From: Eledone cirrhosa
Taxonomy: Eukaryota
Reading direction: 5' to 3'
DNA length: 64,000 nucleotides
Assembly (NCBI GenBank): GCA_964016885.1
Contig: CAXHJY010000688.1
Location: 34,562-98,561, forward strand
Positions 11,512 through 24,304 of this stretch are shown here, piece by piece; within the stretch, counting starts at the first letter, position 1; each line of letters begins with the position of its first letter. A model generated the notes under the pieces. That model saw only the letters and a program-made list of their open reading frames with translations. It did not search any database and had not been told where the DNA came from. The translations under genes were made by a program, and so were the position numbers.

Positions 11512-12945
11512 ACATCTCGACTCCTCAGTATTTTCATTGCTCTAACATCACGCCGACTGAGCTCTTCGCAACCTTCGGCGTCGCGATGACTGTCATCAAA
11601 CCCGCTGACAAAGGTGGCGCTGTGGTGGTTTGGAGCGCTGACCTCTATATGGCTGAGGCTCTCCGTAAGCTTCACAATATCCTTTTTTACCGCCCTTTAT
11701 CCTCTGACCCCACTCCTGGCTACCAACAACTCGTGTCCTCCACCATCCACGAGCTCATCTCCTCCTCTCACCTACCCCCCACAGCCACCAACCTTATTGT
11801 ACACCCCCCTCCCACACCCACCATCTACTTCCTTCCCAAAATACACAAACAAAATAATCCCGGCCGTGCTATCGTTTTGCTTGCAACTGCCCCACTGAGA
11901 TAATTTTTGAATATTTAGACACCATCCTCGCCCCGTTGGTCGTCATCGCCCCTCCCACATCCACGATACAAATCATGCCCTTAAACTTTTCAACTCTTTC
12001 TCCTTCCCTCCTAGTCCCTCCCGCCTTCTCTTTACCCTGGACATCACTTCTCTCTATACCGTCATCATAAGGGATGACGGCCTCCGCGTTCTCCAACATT
12101 TTTTAGATTTACGCCCTACCCCTTACCCCAGCACTACCACTCTTCTCCGTCTGGCTGAGCTTGTTCTCAGCCTTAATGGATTTTCTTTTTCGGGTGAATT
12201 TTATCAACAGGTCTCTGGGGTAGCAATGGAAACCAGAATGGGTCCAAACTATGCCAACTTCTTTGTTGGCTACGTCGAAGCCCAGATCTTTTCCCAGTAT
12301 GCTGGACCGACTCCTGAGCTATACGGTCGTTATATCGACGACTGTATCAGCGCCACCTCTCTATCACGAGAACAGCTCAACTATTTTTTTGTCCAATGTT
12401 CTTTTGTCCAATCTTTCCATCCTGCTCTCAATTTACCACCTCCGTCTCCGATTCTTCTGTCGCTTTTCTAGATATCTCTATCTATTAATCACTCTCACCA
12501 CACCCTCTACTTCCATCTTCATTAAACCAAACAGGCTCCCAATCTTACGGCAACTTCAACTCCTCCCATCCAATCCACACCAAACACTCCATACCCTATT
12601 TCCAATTCCTCCGTCTTCGTCAACTCTGTAACAAGTGGAGAGATGCTGAGTAGGACCCGTCCAACCCTTGCAAGCAGGGAAAAGCGGACATAAAATGATG
12701 ATGATGATGATGATTCCCTTCGCATGGCTTCCTGCTTCATCCAGCGTGGATATTTTTATCTAAAGACATTTTTCACAATTCCATCCCGCCCATCCCCTCA
12801 ATCTATCTTATTTCTCATTCTTTCTTCTGATGAAGGACTAGCGTCCGAAACGTTAAGACCTTCTTCCTGCTATATCAAGCATTAACCTAATATATCCCTT
12901 CCATATACTGTACCGATTGTATTGTTATTTCTGTTTACCTTTTAC
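11512..12945 (+). mobile_element. Degenerate PLE RT fragment (DKG/YIDD type) with 3' HHR; interrupted by an RTE 3' end at ~12629-12713
   Basis: IKPADKGGAVVVW, IYFLPKIHK..PGR, LDITSLYT, GVAMETRMGPNYANFF, RYIDD and SSHP..IPYSQFLRLR with frameshifts. Confidence 0.88.
12823..12858 (+). ncRNA. Minimal type I hammerhead ribozyme
   Basis: TCTT-CTGATGA-aGGACtagcGTCC-GAAA-CG-TT-AAGA, the classic PLE minimal HHR. Confidence 0.85.
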
Positions 12946-12967
12946 ATATATATATATATATATATAA

Positions 12968-13113
12968 AATGAAGGAGTTGTGGTAAGGAACCAGATGGAC
13001 CACAACGCACCAGAGTACTCAATACTTAGGGTAGTAGAGTGGGTAATAGGAAAATGTATGACCCCGATGGCAGAGCTCAAGCCGTTTTTCCGTCGGGGTC
13101 ATACATTTTCCTA
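12968..13113 (-). mobile_element. Family A PLE-end insertion, second copy, partly palindromic
   Basis: Similar to 8348-8470. Inverted arm CGTCGGGGTCATACATTTTCCTA joins (TA)n. Confidence 0.78.
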
Positions 13114-13203
13114 TATATATTATATATATATATATATATATAGATACATATGCATATATATATACTTACACGGAGAGAGAGAGAGATACATATACATATA
13201 TCC

Positions 13204-13408
13204 GTATGTAGATGACAGGTGAGAGAAAAGAGTACTCAATGCCAAAGTAGAGTTTATATATTAAATTGCTATGTAGTGAGCCATCTTATTCTGGAGTTTC
13301 ACCTGCATACACACAAGATCATCAAACAAGACCGTCTTGTCTGATGATCCTGTGTGTATGTAGGTGATACTCCAGAGTAAGAAGTTACACTACTTAGCCA
13401 TAATATAT
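13204..13408 (-). mobile_element. Diverged palindromic PLE-end insertion, family C, with two decayed HHRs
   Basis: Arms centred near 13332. Plus arm CTGATGA-tCCTG..TAGGt-GATA-CTCcaGAG-TA; minus arm TTGATGA...GAAA-CTCcaGAA-TA. Confidence 0.7.
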
Positions 13409-14074
13409 ACATATATATACACACAAGTCTGTAACTCTTTAAAATTTACACACACGCACATATATATATACACAATGCATTTCCTATTTCAGTCATGTTG
13501 CTACAATAAGAAGTTCACTTTTCAACCACAAGGACCTAGGTCCTAACCCTACATTTGTCCAAATAAACTTATTTCTAGAAAGTTACTTGTATATTTAATC
13601 TTGTGTATCATTTGTCCATATTTTCTAAGCATTTATGTAATTATATCCTAGGAATAGATTATTAAAGTATCATCTTTATTTTAAATCATTTCCATGTGTC
13701 AAGAATTAACAAACTATGGGGTTTCTTTTATGCAAACCATAAAAATACAAATTTCCCAATTTGTATGATTGTTCATATATTCAGTAATCCTGGTATATAT
13801 GGCATACCAATCCTGCACTCTAAAATCTAAATACATTTGGTGCTCTTGCTACTAGTATTATAATAATTTCATTTGAGTAGGCATCAAACATTTTTGTAGT
13901 AGAGGCATAGTCAATTGAATAGATTTGGTATAATACTGGTATTCTATCAATTGCAGGGTAGGGTTGAAAGGTAAAATTAAGCCTGTAGAATGTGAATTCA
14001 GAATGATAAAATTAAATAATCTATGTCATCACTTCAGCACTTCTATTAATTCACAACCCTGATAAAGATTTCAC

Positions 14075-14235
14075 ACTGGTTGCTGTTGAGACCTCAGGCA
14101 TCTTCAGACCCCACACTGCCAAACTCCTCAGTAAAATCAGATCGTCAGCAGCCCATCTGAGGAAGGAACCCCACGAGGTGGAGTGGCTGTTGCAACAAGT
14201 ATCGCTGGCCATTGTCTGCAGAACACTGTCCAAAC
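14075..14235 (+). mobile_element. C-terminal fragment of a CRE-like (restriction-like endonuclease) non-LTR element
   Basis: VAVETSGIFRPHTAKLLSKI...KEPHEVEWLLQQVSLAI resembles AVETxG..WLxQRLS of CRE elements (from recall). Related pieces at ~35922-35997 (+) and 38760-38965 (-). Confidence 0.6.
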
Positions 14236-15051
14236 ACTGCCCAACCTCAGGCATAAAGACTATCACCTCCTCTTCCCTTTCTTTCCTGGCCTCATAGTCC
14301 TTGATTTTTCCCTCCTTTTCCTTTCATGGCATTTATAGCCCTTTCTCCTACTTTCCTATACAGTCAGATTTGCCCTTCTTTATCCCCCACCCACCCCACC
14401 CATCCCACCCTGCTGTTTGTTGCTTGGTTATGTTTTTATCCCATTTTTTCTTTCATATATTTCCATCAATATTTGTAATGTTATTTATAGAATTTTGAAT
14501 TAAAAAAAAAGTTACATAAACACATAAGTTAAAGAGTTAAACTAAACAATTCTATTTCTGTCCAGTTTAAAATATATTTTTATACACCCGATTATGTATA
14601 ATAATAAGCCTCCTTCTTATTGTGTAGCTAACAAGTTACATTCTTTCATAGCTCTTCTCAGAAGTTATAGCACAAAGCATGTCATCTCTTAATAACTATT
14701 CTCAGAAGTTACATCAAAAAAACATGTTATCTCTAAATGACACCAATAACCTGTCGAATTTAATTCATTCAAATGACCTTGGTAAATCTAACTTGAAACC
14801 CTGTTAAAATGTAAACAAGAACAAACTATTCTTGGTGTGAATGTACCATCATGAATTTGGTAAAAAAAAAAATTGTGAAAAAAGGTGGTCTACTTTGATA
14901 GTAAATTAGAGTAAATAGTAGAAGAGAGCAACTTGATAACTTGATTCTTGGTGGTGGCCAAACACTAACTGCAACTCAATTATACTATTTAGACATTTCT
15001 ATATTTCTAATGACCTCATATCTTTGATGTTTGTACACTAGACAATTCTTA

Positions 15052-15245
15052 GGTGGTGGTGGATTGGCAGTATCAGTAGAGATTCGGACTCCATGCCTTC
15101 CAGCATAGTTACGTCTCTTTACGATCTGAGTTCAAATCCCGCCGAGGTTGACTTTGCCTTTCCTCCTTACGGGGTCGATAAAATAAAGTACCAGTAATGC
15201 ACTGGGTTATTGCTGGCCTTGTGCCTAATGTAGAAACAATTATTA
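15052..15245 (+). mobile_element. tRNA-derived SINE
   Basis: A-box-like GGATTGGCAGTATCAGTAGA, B box GAGTTCAAATCCC, and central GCCTTTCCTCCTTACGGGGTCGATAAAATAAAGTACCAG. Many copies in the window. Confidence 0.8.
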
Positions 15246-15298
15246 TCCAATCTTCAAATGTCCTATTTTAACACACAAACATGTATATATATATATAT

Positions 15299-15430
15299 AA
15301 AGGAATTGTGGTAAGGAACCAGATGGACCATAACGCACCAGAAATACTCAATACTTAGGGTAGTAGAGTGGGAAATAGTAAAAAGTATGACCCCGACGGC
15401 AGAGCTCAAGCCGTTTCGACGGCTATTTCT
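15299..15430 (-). mobile_element. Family A PLE-end insertion, third copy, truncated in HHR stem II
   Basis: Matches 8352-8481; starts at (TA)n. Confidence 0.75.
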
Positions 15431-15578
15431 TGGTGGCCCTTGAAATATGTATAATGAAATAAATATGGTTTTATAAATATAGTTTCAATTTGTTAATATA
15501 TTGTATATTTACTCCAATAATTTGTTGAGTGGTTTATATCAGTTATAAAAATATTTTGCTTGTTGTATCCCAACAAAT

Positions 15579-15610
<32 letters not shown>

Positions 15611-15615
<5 letters not shown>

Positions 15616-15792
15616 GCTTCTACAGGACTAGAACTGTTTCATTCGTGAGAAATCATCAGGAAGCTCCTGATGATTTCTCACAAATGAAACAGTTCTAGTC
15701 CTGTAGAAGCTCTTCTATATTAAAACTTTTATACTCTGCTATGTATTGAGTACCTTACTTACTGTGGTTACCTCCGATTCAACCCGGAACAA

Positions 15793-15795
<3 letters not shown>
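15611..15795 (+). mobile_element. Short palindromic PLE-end insertion, family D, with back-to-back HHRs
   Basis: Arms 15612-15660 / 15666-15714 around AAGCT, a tail to 15795, and (TA)n on both sides. Confidence 0.82.
15615..15665 (-). ncRNA. Type I hammerhead ribozyme
   Basis: AGCTTC-CTGATGA-tttctcacgaat-GAAA-CAGttctagtcCTG-TA-GAAGCT; 6-bp stem I. A mirror copy lies on + at 15662-15711. Confidence 0.82.
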
Positions 15796-15824
<29 letters not shown>

Positions 15825-15829
<5 letters not shown>

Positions 15830-15928
15830 AAAGAGTCAGGACCCCAACAGCTGAGCTCTGGCTGTTTCGACAGCTAGATTCGAACGTTATGTTATGGTCC
15901 ACATGGTATCTTACCACACCTTTTTTGT

Positions 15929-15930
<2 letters not shown>
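15825..15930. mobile_element. Family-A-related PLE-end insertion (inverted HHR 3' half fused to tail)
   Basis: Minus strand GAAA-CAGC..GCTG-TT-GGGG. Plus strand GTTATGGTCCACATGGTATCTTACCACA is similar to the family A tail. (TA)n on both sides. Confidence 0.65.
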
Positions 15931-15960
<30 letters not shown>

Positions 15961-16042
15961 TACACTGGCGGCAGCACCACTCATGTCTAAGTTTGGGTTT
16001 GGTTTTTCAGGCACCTTCACGATGCTTCAACCTGAAGCTGAC

Positions 16043-16288
16043 ATGGACTGGGTGCCTTTTTTGTCATGTCACCAGCACAATCACCTTACAGTATGGACTG
16101 GGTGCCTTTTTTGTCATGTCACCAGCACAATCACCTTACAGTATGGACTGGGTGCTTTTTGTCATGTCACCAGCACAATCACCTTACAGTATGGACTGGG
16201 TGCTTTTTGTCATGTCACCAGCACAATCACCTTACAGTATGGACTGGGTGCTTTTTATCATGTCCCCAGCTCAACCACCTTACAGCCG
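16043..16288. repeat. 48-50 bp minisatellite, 5 copies, derived from an RTE 3'-UTR motif
   Basis: Unit GGACTGGGTGCCTTTTTTGTCATGTCACCAGCACAATCACCTTACAGTAT; compare 1515-1555 and 42375-42480. Confidence 0.9.
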
Positions 16289-17531
16289 AATGTAGCAAAT
16301 AAACTATTTATTGAATCAATATAAAAGAATTAACAAAATTCTCATTTTTCGATAATCGTGAATAGTGATATTTTTTCTCCAAACCAATGACAAGCAGATG
16401 TTTTGATGAAAAAAGCCTTATTCCAGTGAAACATGTCAACAATTAGTTTCTTACCTGCTTCATAAGGTCTATAAGTACATTGTGCCATTTAACAATATAA
16501 CCCCCATGTCAATAATATTTAGAAAATATGTATAGCCAAAATTATGTCAATATAACCATCGTCATAATATTACAAATAAAAGAGAAAAAAGAAAAAGAAA
16601 AGGAAAGAGGAAAAAAAAAACACACACACAACTAGGACCACATGCAACAAAAAGCAGGCGAAAGGGGTGGACAAACAAAGCGCTACCCGAACAAAAGATA
16701 ACGAATTCCATTGACTCTTTAGAAAATGAGAACTCACTGCCAAACCTCAAAAGCTCAATCACAAATGTTTTTAGGTTGGGCTATCTCTGCATATCTTTCT
16801 TTTATTTGTAAGGTTGAAAATATAAAAATAGATGCTTAGACCTTTATTTTGTTTTAGCTATAACTATAAAAACCATGCTGTAGCACTGCATAAGGTTAAT
16901 CTATAAACAAAACTAATTTTTCATTTTTTTTTTTTTTTTTGTTATTGAATTGATACATATTTACTGGTGGATGGAGTACACAAGGCGAACCCTTCTATAA
17001 TTAAAAGTATTCCAACCATGACTAACTCTTTCTATATCTAGGAAGATATTATCCACTATAACCTATATTTAAGAGTATAAAGAAGAGAAAAGTTGGCTGT
17101 TATTTCCAGTAGGTCAAGCAACCATATAAACGCTTCCTCATTGATTCATTCTAGGAGTATTGAAAGGACACGTGTGTTGTAGTTTGGTAGCAAAAAGGTA
17201 ATCCTAATAACTTCCTGAAACAGCTGTTTCTATGATATCCAGCCCAAAACTGTGGCTACGCTTGACATCCAGTACCAGGCTCCAAAACTATGGTTCCACT
17301 GTGAGACGGGTTCAGCATGGCCAACTGGCCTGTCCCCACTCATAATGGCGCTATCCAGTTCCACAGTGTAAATGTGATGGGTGTTAGGAAGAAAGGGCAT
17401 CCAGCTGTAAAATACTAGCCAACTCTGGCCAAACTTGCCTCCCAGCCAGGACAACCCGTCTGACCCATACAAGCATGGAAAAATGGATACTAAACAGAGA
17501 TGATGATGATGATTTTATATATATATATATA

Positions 17532-18550
17532 TTTCGTTTCTGAATTTGTTTAGCAAGATTCTTTATCTGAAAACGTGTGTTGAAACCGATATTGTTATAC
17601 TTTGGGAGGGTCATGTTGCCAATAAGAAACACACGCACCAGTTGCTTTCACTTCAATTTATTATAAATTAAATTTATAAATTTAGGAATTTATAAATTTC
17701 CGCTTGGTTGGGTGGTTCCACAACCAGACGATTGTTCATATATTGTCAGTTCTTTCGTCACACATTCTGTGACCTCTTCAGTGACTGGGGATTCTTTTCT
17801 TTGTTTTTGTGCCTCTCCTTTGTTCTGTTCTACGCCATCTTGTTTTTGTGTGTGTTGTGTGCTTAGTTTGCACATGTGTTACATCCGGGTGTCTGTGTGT
17901 GTTTATATTTGTTTATTTATTTGTTTATTTACATGTTACTGGTTGGTTGTTTGTTCTATGTGCGTGTGTGTTTTCATTTTGTCCTTAATTTTAAGTTGTG
18001 ATGTTGCTGTTCCACTCATGTTTTCTATTTAATTTTGGTTGTAATTCATTTATGTTTATTGCCTCTGTGATTTGTCTAAACATTGCGTCACAGAGGCAAT
18101 AAACATAAATGAACTCCAACCAAAATTAAATAGAAAGCATGAATGGAATAGCAACATCACAACTTACAATTAAGGACAAAATGAAAACACACACGCACAT
18201 AGAACAAACAACCAACCAGTAACATGTAAATAAACAAATAAATAAACAAATATAAACACACACAGACACCCGGATGTAACACATGTGCAAACTAAACACA
18301 AAATCAAGATGGCGTAGAACAGAACAAAGGAGAGGCACAAAAACAAAGAAAAGAATCCCCAGTCACTGAAGAGGTCACAGAATGTGTGACGAAAGAACTG
18401 ACAATATATGAACAATCGTCTGGTTGTGGAACCACCCAGCCAACTGGAAATTTATAAATTCCTAAATTTATAAATTTAATTTATAATAAATTGAAGTGAA
18501 AGCAACTGGTGCATGTGTTTCTTATTGGCAACATGACCCTCCCAAAGTAT

Positions 18551-18558
<8 letters not shown>
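17532..18558. mobile_element. ~1 kb palindromic PLE-end-like insertion, family E
   Basis: Inverted arms 17589-18070 / 18088-18558, a one-sided tail 17532-17588, (TA)n on both sides, and an HHR-like core in each arm. Confidence 0.8.
18362..18402 (+). ncRNA. Hammerhead-like motif lacking the UH cleavage dinucleotide
   Basis: GTCA-CTGAAGA-gGTCACAgaatgTGTGAC-GAAA-GAAC-TGAC; identical in the mirror arm (~17745-17785). Confidence 0.55.
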
Positions 18559-18587
<29 letters not shown>

Positions 18588-20979
18588 TTTTGTCATAATT
18601 TCATGTAAGAACATTTAAGTTATGTTCCAAACAGCAGCTTAATAATTAGAAAGTTAGTTGTATTACTTAATCCTTCCAAATTCTTGGTTATTTACAAAAT
18701 TATTTGAAAATCATACGCAGTGTTTTCCATTAAAAGTATGTTAGTAAAAGAGTTAAACATATTTTGATTTTTTTTTTTAAATAAAAAAAACATCTACCAA
18801 TTCATGTGTTTATCTCGTGCCATTAACCCTTTCATTACCATATTTCTAATGACAATGCCAATGGTTTTCAAATAATTTTCAAAATAAATCTGGAATTTTG
18901 GGGAATTTAGTAATATAATTAACTTTCCCTTTCGATGAAGAGTGGCATTTTATTACAGGTAATTCAACCTGTAAGCTACCAAAGTACTACACAATTATAC
19001 AATGATTCTGATCTCTACACAAATCAGCTGTATTTTTCTCCATCTCACTATTTACAACTTGGAAAATGGGAAAAATTAAATATCTTTGTCAGAACAATAC
19101 CAGTGCTAGGATATAGATGATCAAATATTCAGCTTACAGGCCAACATCCTAATTCAAATATATTATAAAAACAAAATTAATGAAAACAAAAGAGGAAGCA
19201 TTAAAGAAAAGCAGATCTAGCTGTATAATAAAGGAAAGGACTATAAATGCCATAAATGAGAAGAAAGGGAGAAAAGATTATCAGGCAACGGAAGAAAGAG
19301 AAGGGGAAAGGGTGAGACTTTCAACTAGTTCAATATTTATTTCATCTCGACCAAACCGAATGAGATTATCTGCTAAGCTGGATAGAGACTTAACAATTTC
19401 AATACAATATTTCTAATGGCATACACTGTATTTTTAATAATTAATAAAGAATTTGATGGGATTTACTAAAGTTATTTAATATTAAGACAATATTTGTAAC
19501 ATAACGAAAGATTTTAATGAAAAAAATAATGTTGGAAGGTTTCAATTTAAATAGGAACTTTTTTTTTAATGGTTGGTTTTGTTTCACAGAAGCTGAGCCA
19601 GTTTTAGCTAAGAAGGTATCAAAAAGTTTTTAAGATGGTAAATATACTGATCTGAGACAATATAGATGAGTAAGAAAAACAATAATTATGAGGGAGGAAC
19701 CAAGAAGTCTTAGACTTTCAAAGAAGTAGAATTAAGAAAACTAATTATTTTGTTTTTCTGAAAGGCAATATAAATGAAGTATGTTTTCAAGATATACACT
19801 ATCTCCATTATAGTAAGATGTTTATACAATACCATAGTGTGCTGCATTAACATTTTCAAGGAACCATATCCATGTGTTAGGTTAATTCTCAACATCTTGT
19901 AATGATTTTAAACAGAAAATGCCTAAAAACAAGTTTGTTCATTCAAATGTTTATACTATCATTATTAGTAAGCAGATGGTCATCAAAATTTGCAGCTTTA
20001 GAGAAAAGACTTTAATTCTTTAATATGATGCAGTCAAAGTGCTGGCATGTACTTTTTTTTTTTAATGTCTTGCTAATGCGGTTTCGTGCGGTACAGGATA
20101 TTAAGAGTTAAATACTAATTAATATACATTTTTAACATTTACAAGTTATAATTGTTTGACATTCTGAATTGAACCTGGTTGTCCTTCAAAAGGGCACTTA
20201 TTAGTCTTCCTTTAATATGAGGATATGGTTACATCTAATTCTTAGCCGAAAATCAGGATTAAACATAATGTATGTAGATTACTGAGGTTAGACTACTCAT
20301 AAGCGGTTAAATCCTATGTTATAATACAGACAGGAAGGGCAAACAAAACATTCAGTTTATTAAGTTTGTGATTTTGTCATCAAGTATTTGAATGAAACAC
20401 ATTTTAAAAGTTAAAAAATATTTTATATATATATATACTTTTTTTTAATCATTTTTTTCTTAAAAACAAAAAACCATGACTGAATTCATATCTAACAAAA
20501 GTTTAGATTTTAACTGTCTTTGATTATCTCTCTAAAACCTCTATTTTAACATGCTATTATTATATGTACAGATACTCTGTCTCCTTATCCATAGATATCT
20601 TCTCAAACTGTTTTTTTTTTTTCTAATCCCTGTTCTGTGTGAATCTTTTTTAAAAGTGGCAGGCTTGTATAGTCTTTAACCCACATGGATCCCACAAGTT
20701 GTTTTATACCAATAAACACAATACAGTCCAAATGAGCAGCAAAGTATACCAAGTTTTATCCACCTTATTGCACAGATCAGATGCATAGACATTATACAGC
20801 AAACAATACATGTGTTCATGATAAGACACATGAGATTGATCGCTGGACATTACTTGAAAGGACAAAGTAAGAAACAGCAGCATCTTAGAGAAAGTTTAGC
20901 TTTCTATTGAAGAAATATTGCTACAGTAATTCTACTACCTGCTTAGAAGTGTCCAAAGAATAAAGAAATCTCAAATACA

Positions 20980-21202
20980 CCCTCTAGCATTTAAACCGGC
21001 CGTAACCAGCCAAAAGTCTCTCACCTCTTTCTGTTCAAACCAGCTGTAACTGGTCGCTCATACCTACATTAAGGTATTGTTCTCAAAATAAATAACATCA
21101 AAATCTCATAGATTCATTATTTTATGTGAGATAATTATGTGAGGTAAAGCCTTTACCATGAAAATACAATAATATATATAGAGTAATGTAAATGCTAAAG
21201 GG
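20980..21202. mobile_element. piggyBac-type MITE
   Basis: TIR CCCTYTAGCATTTA; same family as 30013-30232 and 30994-31210. Confidence 0.7.
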
Positions 21203-21399
21203 TTAGGACAAATACTCTAATCACAACTAGTGGCATGGGATATGAGGATAGATTACAACTGAAATATAAGAATATCATTAAAAAATACAAGGAGATTAAA
21301 TATTGATGTCTACAGCAACACAAGACAGAAACCTGTCGCACGAGCAATTCATTTTATATATGAAACAGTCATCGTTGATATTAATGAGCAGCCAATGAT

Positions 21400-21446
<47 letters not shown>

Positions 21447-21912
21447 CATGAAGTACAAGTCAACAGGTTAGAATTTACTTCGTTTATTCATAATCGCTGT
21501 TATATATATTTTAGTGATAACTTATGCAACAATTATGACCTCATCAAATAGCTAAAAGTGGAGTGCTCTATCCTGCATACATTGTTTTAACATCCATTTT
21601 TCCCTGCAAGCAACGGTTGGACCTGACTACATAGACCTAGTCAGTACTGAAGCAATGGCTACTGATCTCCCAGACAAGCCAGGAATCTGTCACAGCACTT
21701 ATGTATGGTCTCACATTCTACCAGATGCACAAGAGAGGTTATCACATCTTTGACACAACCAAGGGTCCTCCCAAACCTTTGTTTGGCAAGCTTTCTACAG
21801 CTGGATGACCTTCCTATCACCAACTACTTTAGTGTATACTGAGTGTGTTTATTGTGTGTGTGTGTGTTTATTGTGTGCGTGTGTGTGTGTGTGTGGTGTG
21901 GTGTGTATGTAT

Positions 21913-22097
21913 GTGGATTGGCAGTATAGGTAGAGAGTCGGGCGCCATGCTTTCCAGCATAGTTACGTCCCTTTACGATCTGAGTTCAAATCCCACCGAG
22001 GTTAACTTTGGCTTTCATCCTTACGGGGTCGATAAAATAAAGTACCAGTAATGTACTGGATATTTGCTGGCCTTGTGCCAAATGTAGAAACAATTAT
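21913..22097 (+). mobile_element. tRNA-derived SINE (same family as 15052-15245)
   Basis: Colinear similarity including the B box and central domain. Confidence 0.8.
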
Positions 22098-22968
22098 TTT
22101 CCATCTATTTTTCTGTGCTGGGTTTGACAAGTCAGTCATTCAAAGTTACTGCCTTCCTAAATGGATCAAGACCACATCTTCCATTTTTTTTTTTTTTTTT
22201 TTTTTTGCAATGATTGAATGCCCTTCACTTTACAAAGTGTGCTGGATGCATTTCTCTTTTTTTTTTTTTGTAGCACCAAAACTAGAGAGGTTATCATACC
22301 TCTAGCAATACTAGAGTCCTCCTTACACTATGCTCTCTCTACATTTGTTTGCCAACAGCTTTCTGTACTAGCTTGGCTTGTTATTGTCAAATCAGTTCTT
22401 ATTCAGATTTAATATCCTCCTAGATGGATCAAGGAACCACATTTTATTTGTATATTCCAATTTTTTTGGTGTGGTTTCTACAGTAATTTATCATTACACA
22501 AGTGTTGAGGTTGTCAACAAGACTAAAGACTCCTCACTATCCTATAGTATCTCAGTTAAATCAAACATTTTATAGAATTTATTGGGTGCATTTTATTATG
22601 ATGCCATTACGAGAGAGTCCTCTCCATTCAATATCATCTCTTATTTTTCAAGGCAAATATGCCCAAGAGTTTAATTTGAATACGGGAATAGTGGCAGAGA
22701 GAGAGATAGAGAATTCAGGGAGAGAGAGGGGTGTTCAAGGAGAGAGAGAGGAGGGGGATTCAAGGAGAGAGTATGAATATGACCATGAAAAAGAAAAAAG
22801 TGAAAGGATAGCATAGAAGTGAGAGGAGGAGGAAGGAGAATGATAGCTACATGTTGGTTGTTGGTAGAAGGGTGGTTGAGCCAATGAGTGTGTGATAGTA
22901 AGAGAGAGCTGGTGGTGAATAGCAACTAAGAAATATGATGGTGAGACTAGTGGATAACATCTAAAACA

Positions 22969-24304
22969 ATTGTTATATTTGGGGAGGGTCGTGTTATAAT
23001 ATTGCCAGAAAAATATTGTAAAACACACTCAGTTTGGTTTGGTTTGGGTTTCGCTCCAGTACAGGAATACAATGGAAAGAAACAGAAACATCACTGATGA
23101 TGTGACAGTTATGTGATGAAAGAACTCCGAGAAACTATATTAATATTTATAAATTTAACTGTTGGTCAATCAATGATAAATATTGATTACCAGCTGAATT
23201 AATTATATAAATATATATTAAAAAAATATATATATATATAAAAATATATATAAAAAAATATATATATAAAGGGCAGTGCCCCAACATGGCCTCAGCCAGA
23301 TGGCTGGAACAGGTAAAAGAGTATATATAGTTATACATACATACATGGTGGCTGCCAACTCGTTTTCGAGTACGGCCACTACTTTATATACATGTAGGAG
23401 AACCCCTACCGATGCGCTGAACGAGTGTGACTTTTTAGTCCAGCCAGCGACTTGAAAACTCTGGTACAAACACTACACTTGTGACAATTATTGACACATA
23501 GTGCTTTGCCTTTGGTACCATGTGACGACAAGTGCAGAGAGATCTCCAGATATAAAGCAATGCCTGTGCCGTGAAGCTTTTATAGTGAGCAAAGGCACTG
23601 CACAAAGCCAGTCCCACTCTCTTAACCAAGATGATATTTACCAAAAAGAAGAACAAGTCAACATCACTGGATACCATCAGGGTTGCAGGTTTTATATCAG
23701 AGTTTTCTTTCTCCTAGAATTCTGCTCTGACAAAGGCTAAGGGGTCATCTCTCCCAGTGATTTTGGATGGCCATTGACTCTTAAGAGCTCCTTTGACAGG
23801 TTTTGTTTTTGGTCCTGCAGGATGTCCAAAGTCACCCTCCTCACCAAGAAACCTTGGTGGGGTTGCCAGTTTAGTCGCCAACGACCCGACCATGAGACAG
23901 GTTGTACTGGGATACATGTAACCAGTTGCACTAACTTGTGACCTGACATACATACATACATACATACGTACATATATATATATATATAAATAAAAACACA
24001 GCCAACTGTATACAGTAAACTAAATGTGTGCACTCTGAACAGTTGATTGCAGCTGCATAACTGCAATTTGCCAGATTCATTGAATGAGCTAGACGCTGGC
24101 CGAGGGATGCTGAATTTATACCAGCAATCTTCGTTACTTTTGTTATATATATATATACTGTAGCGAAAACCAACCGAAACCAAACAGTGAGTGTGTTTTA
24201 CTATATTTTTCTGGCAATATTATAACAATATGACCCTCCCCAAATATAACAATATCAGTTTCAACTCACAATTTCATATGAAAAACCTTGCAAAACAAAT
24301 ACAT
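22969..24304. mobile_element. Old family-E-related inverted PLE-end insertion, interrupted by later inserts
   Basis: 22969-23060 is an inverted match to 24157-24255 and resembles 17589-17640. CTGATGA...GAAAGAACTC at 23094-23127. Confidence 0.55.
23344..23946 (-). mobile_element. Bipartite non-autonomous RTE derivative (5' UTR-like + 3' end, (ATGT)n tail)
   Basis: Close copy at 61308-61900. Minus strand CTAGGAGAAAGAAAACTCTGA resembles an RTE 5' UTR (from recall). 3' GCTGGACTAAAAAGTCACACTCG is similar to the BovB-like end at 59270-59295. Confidence 0.7.
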
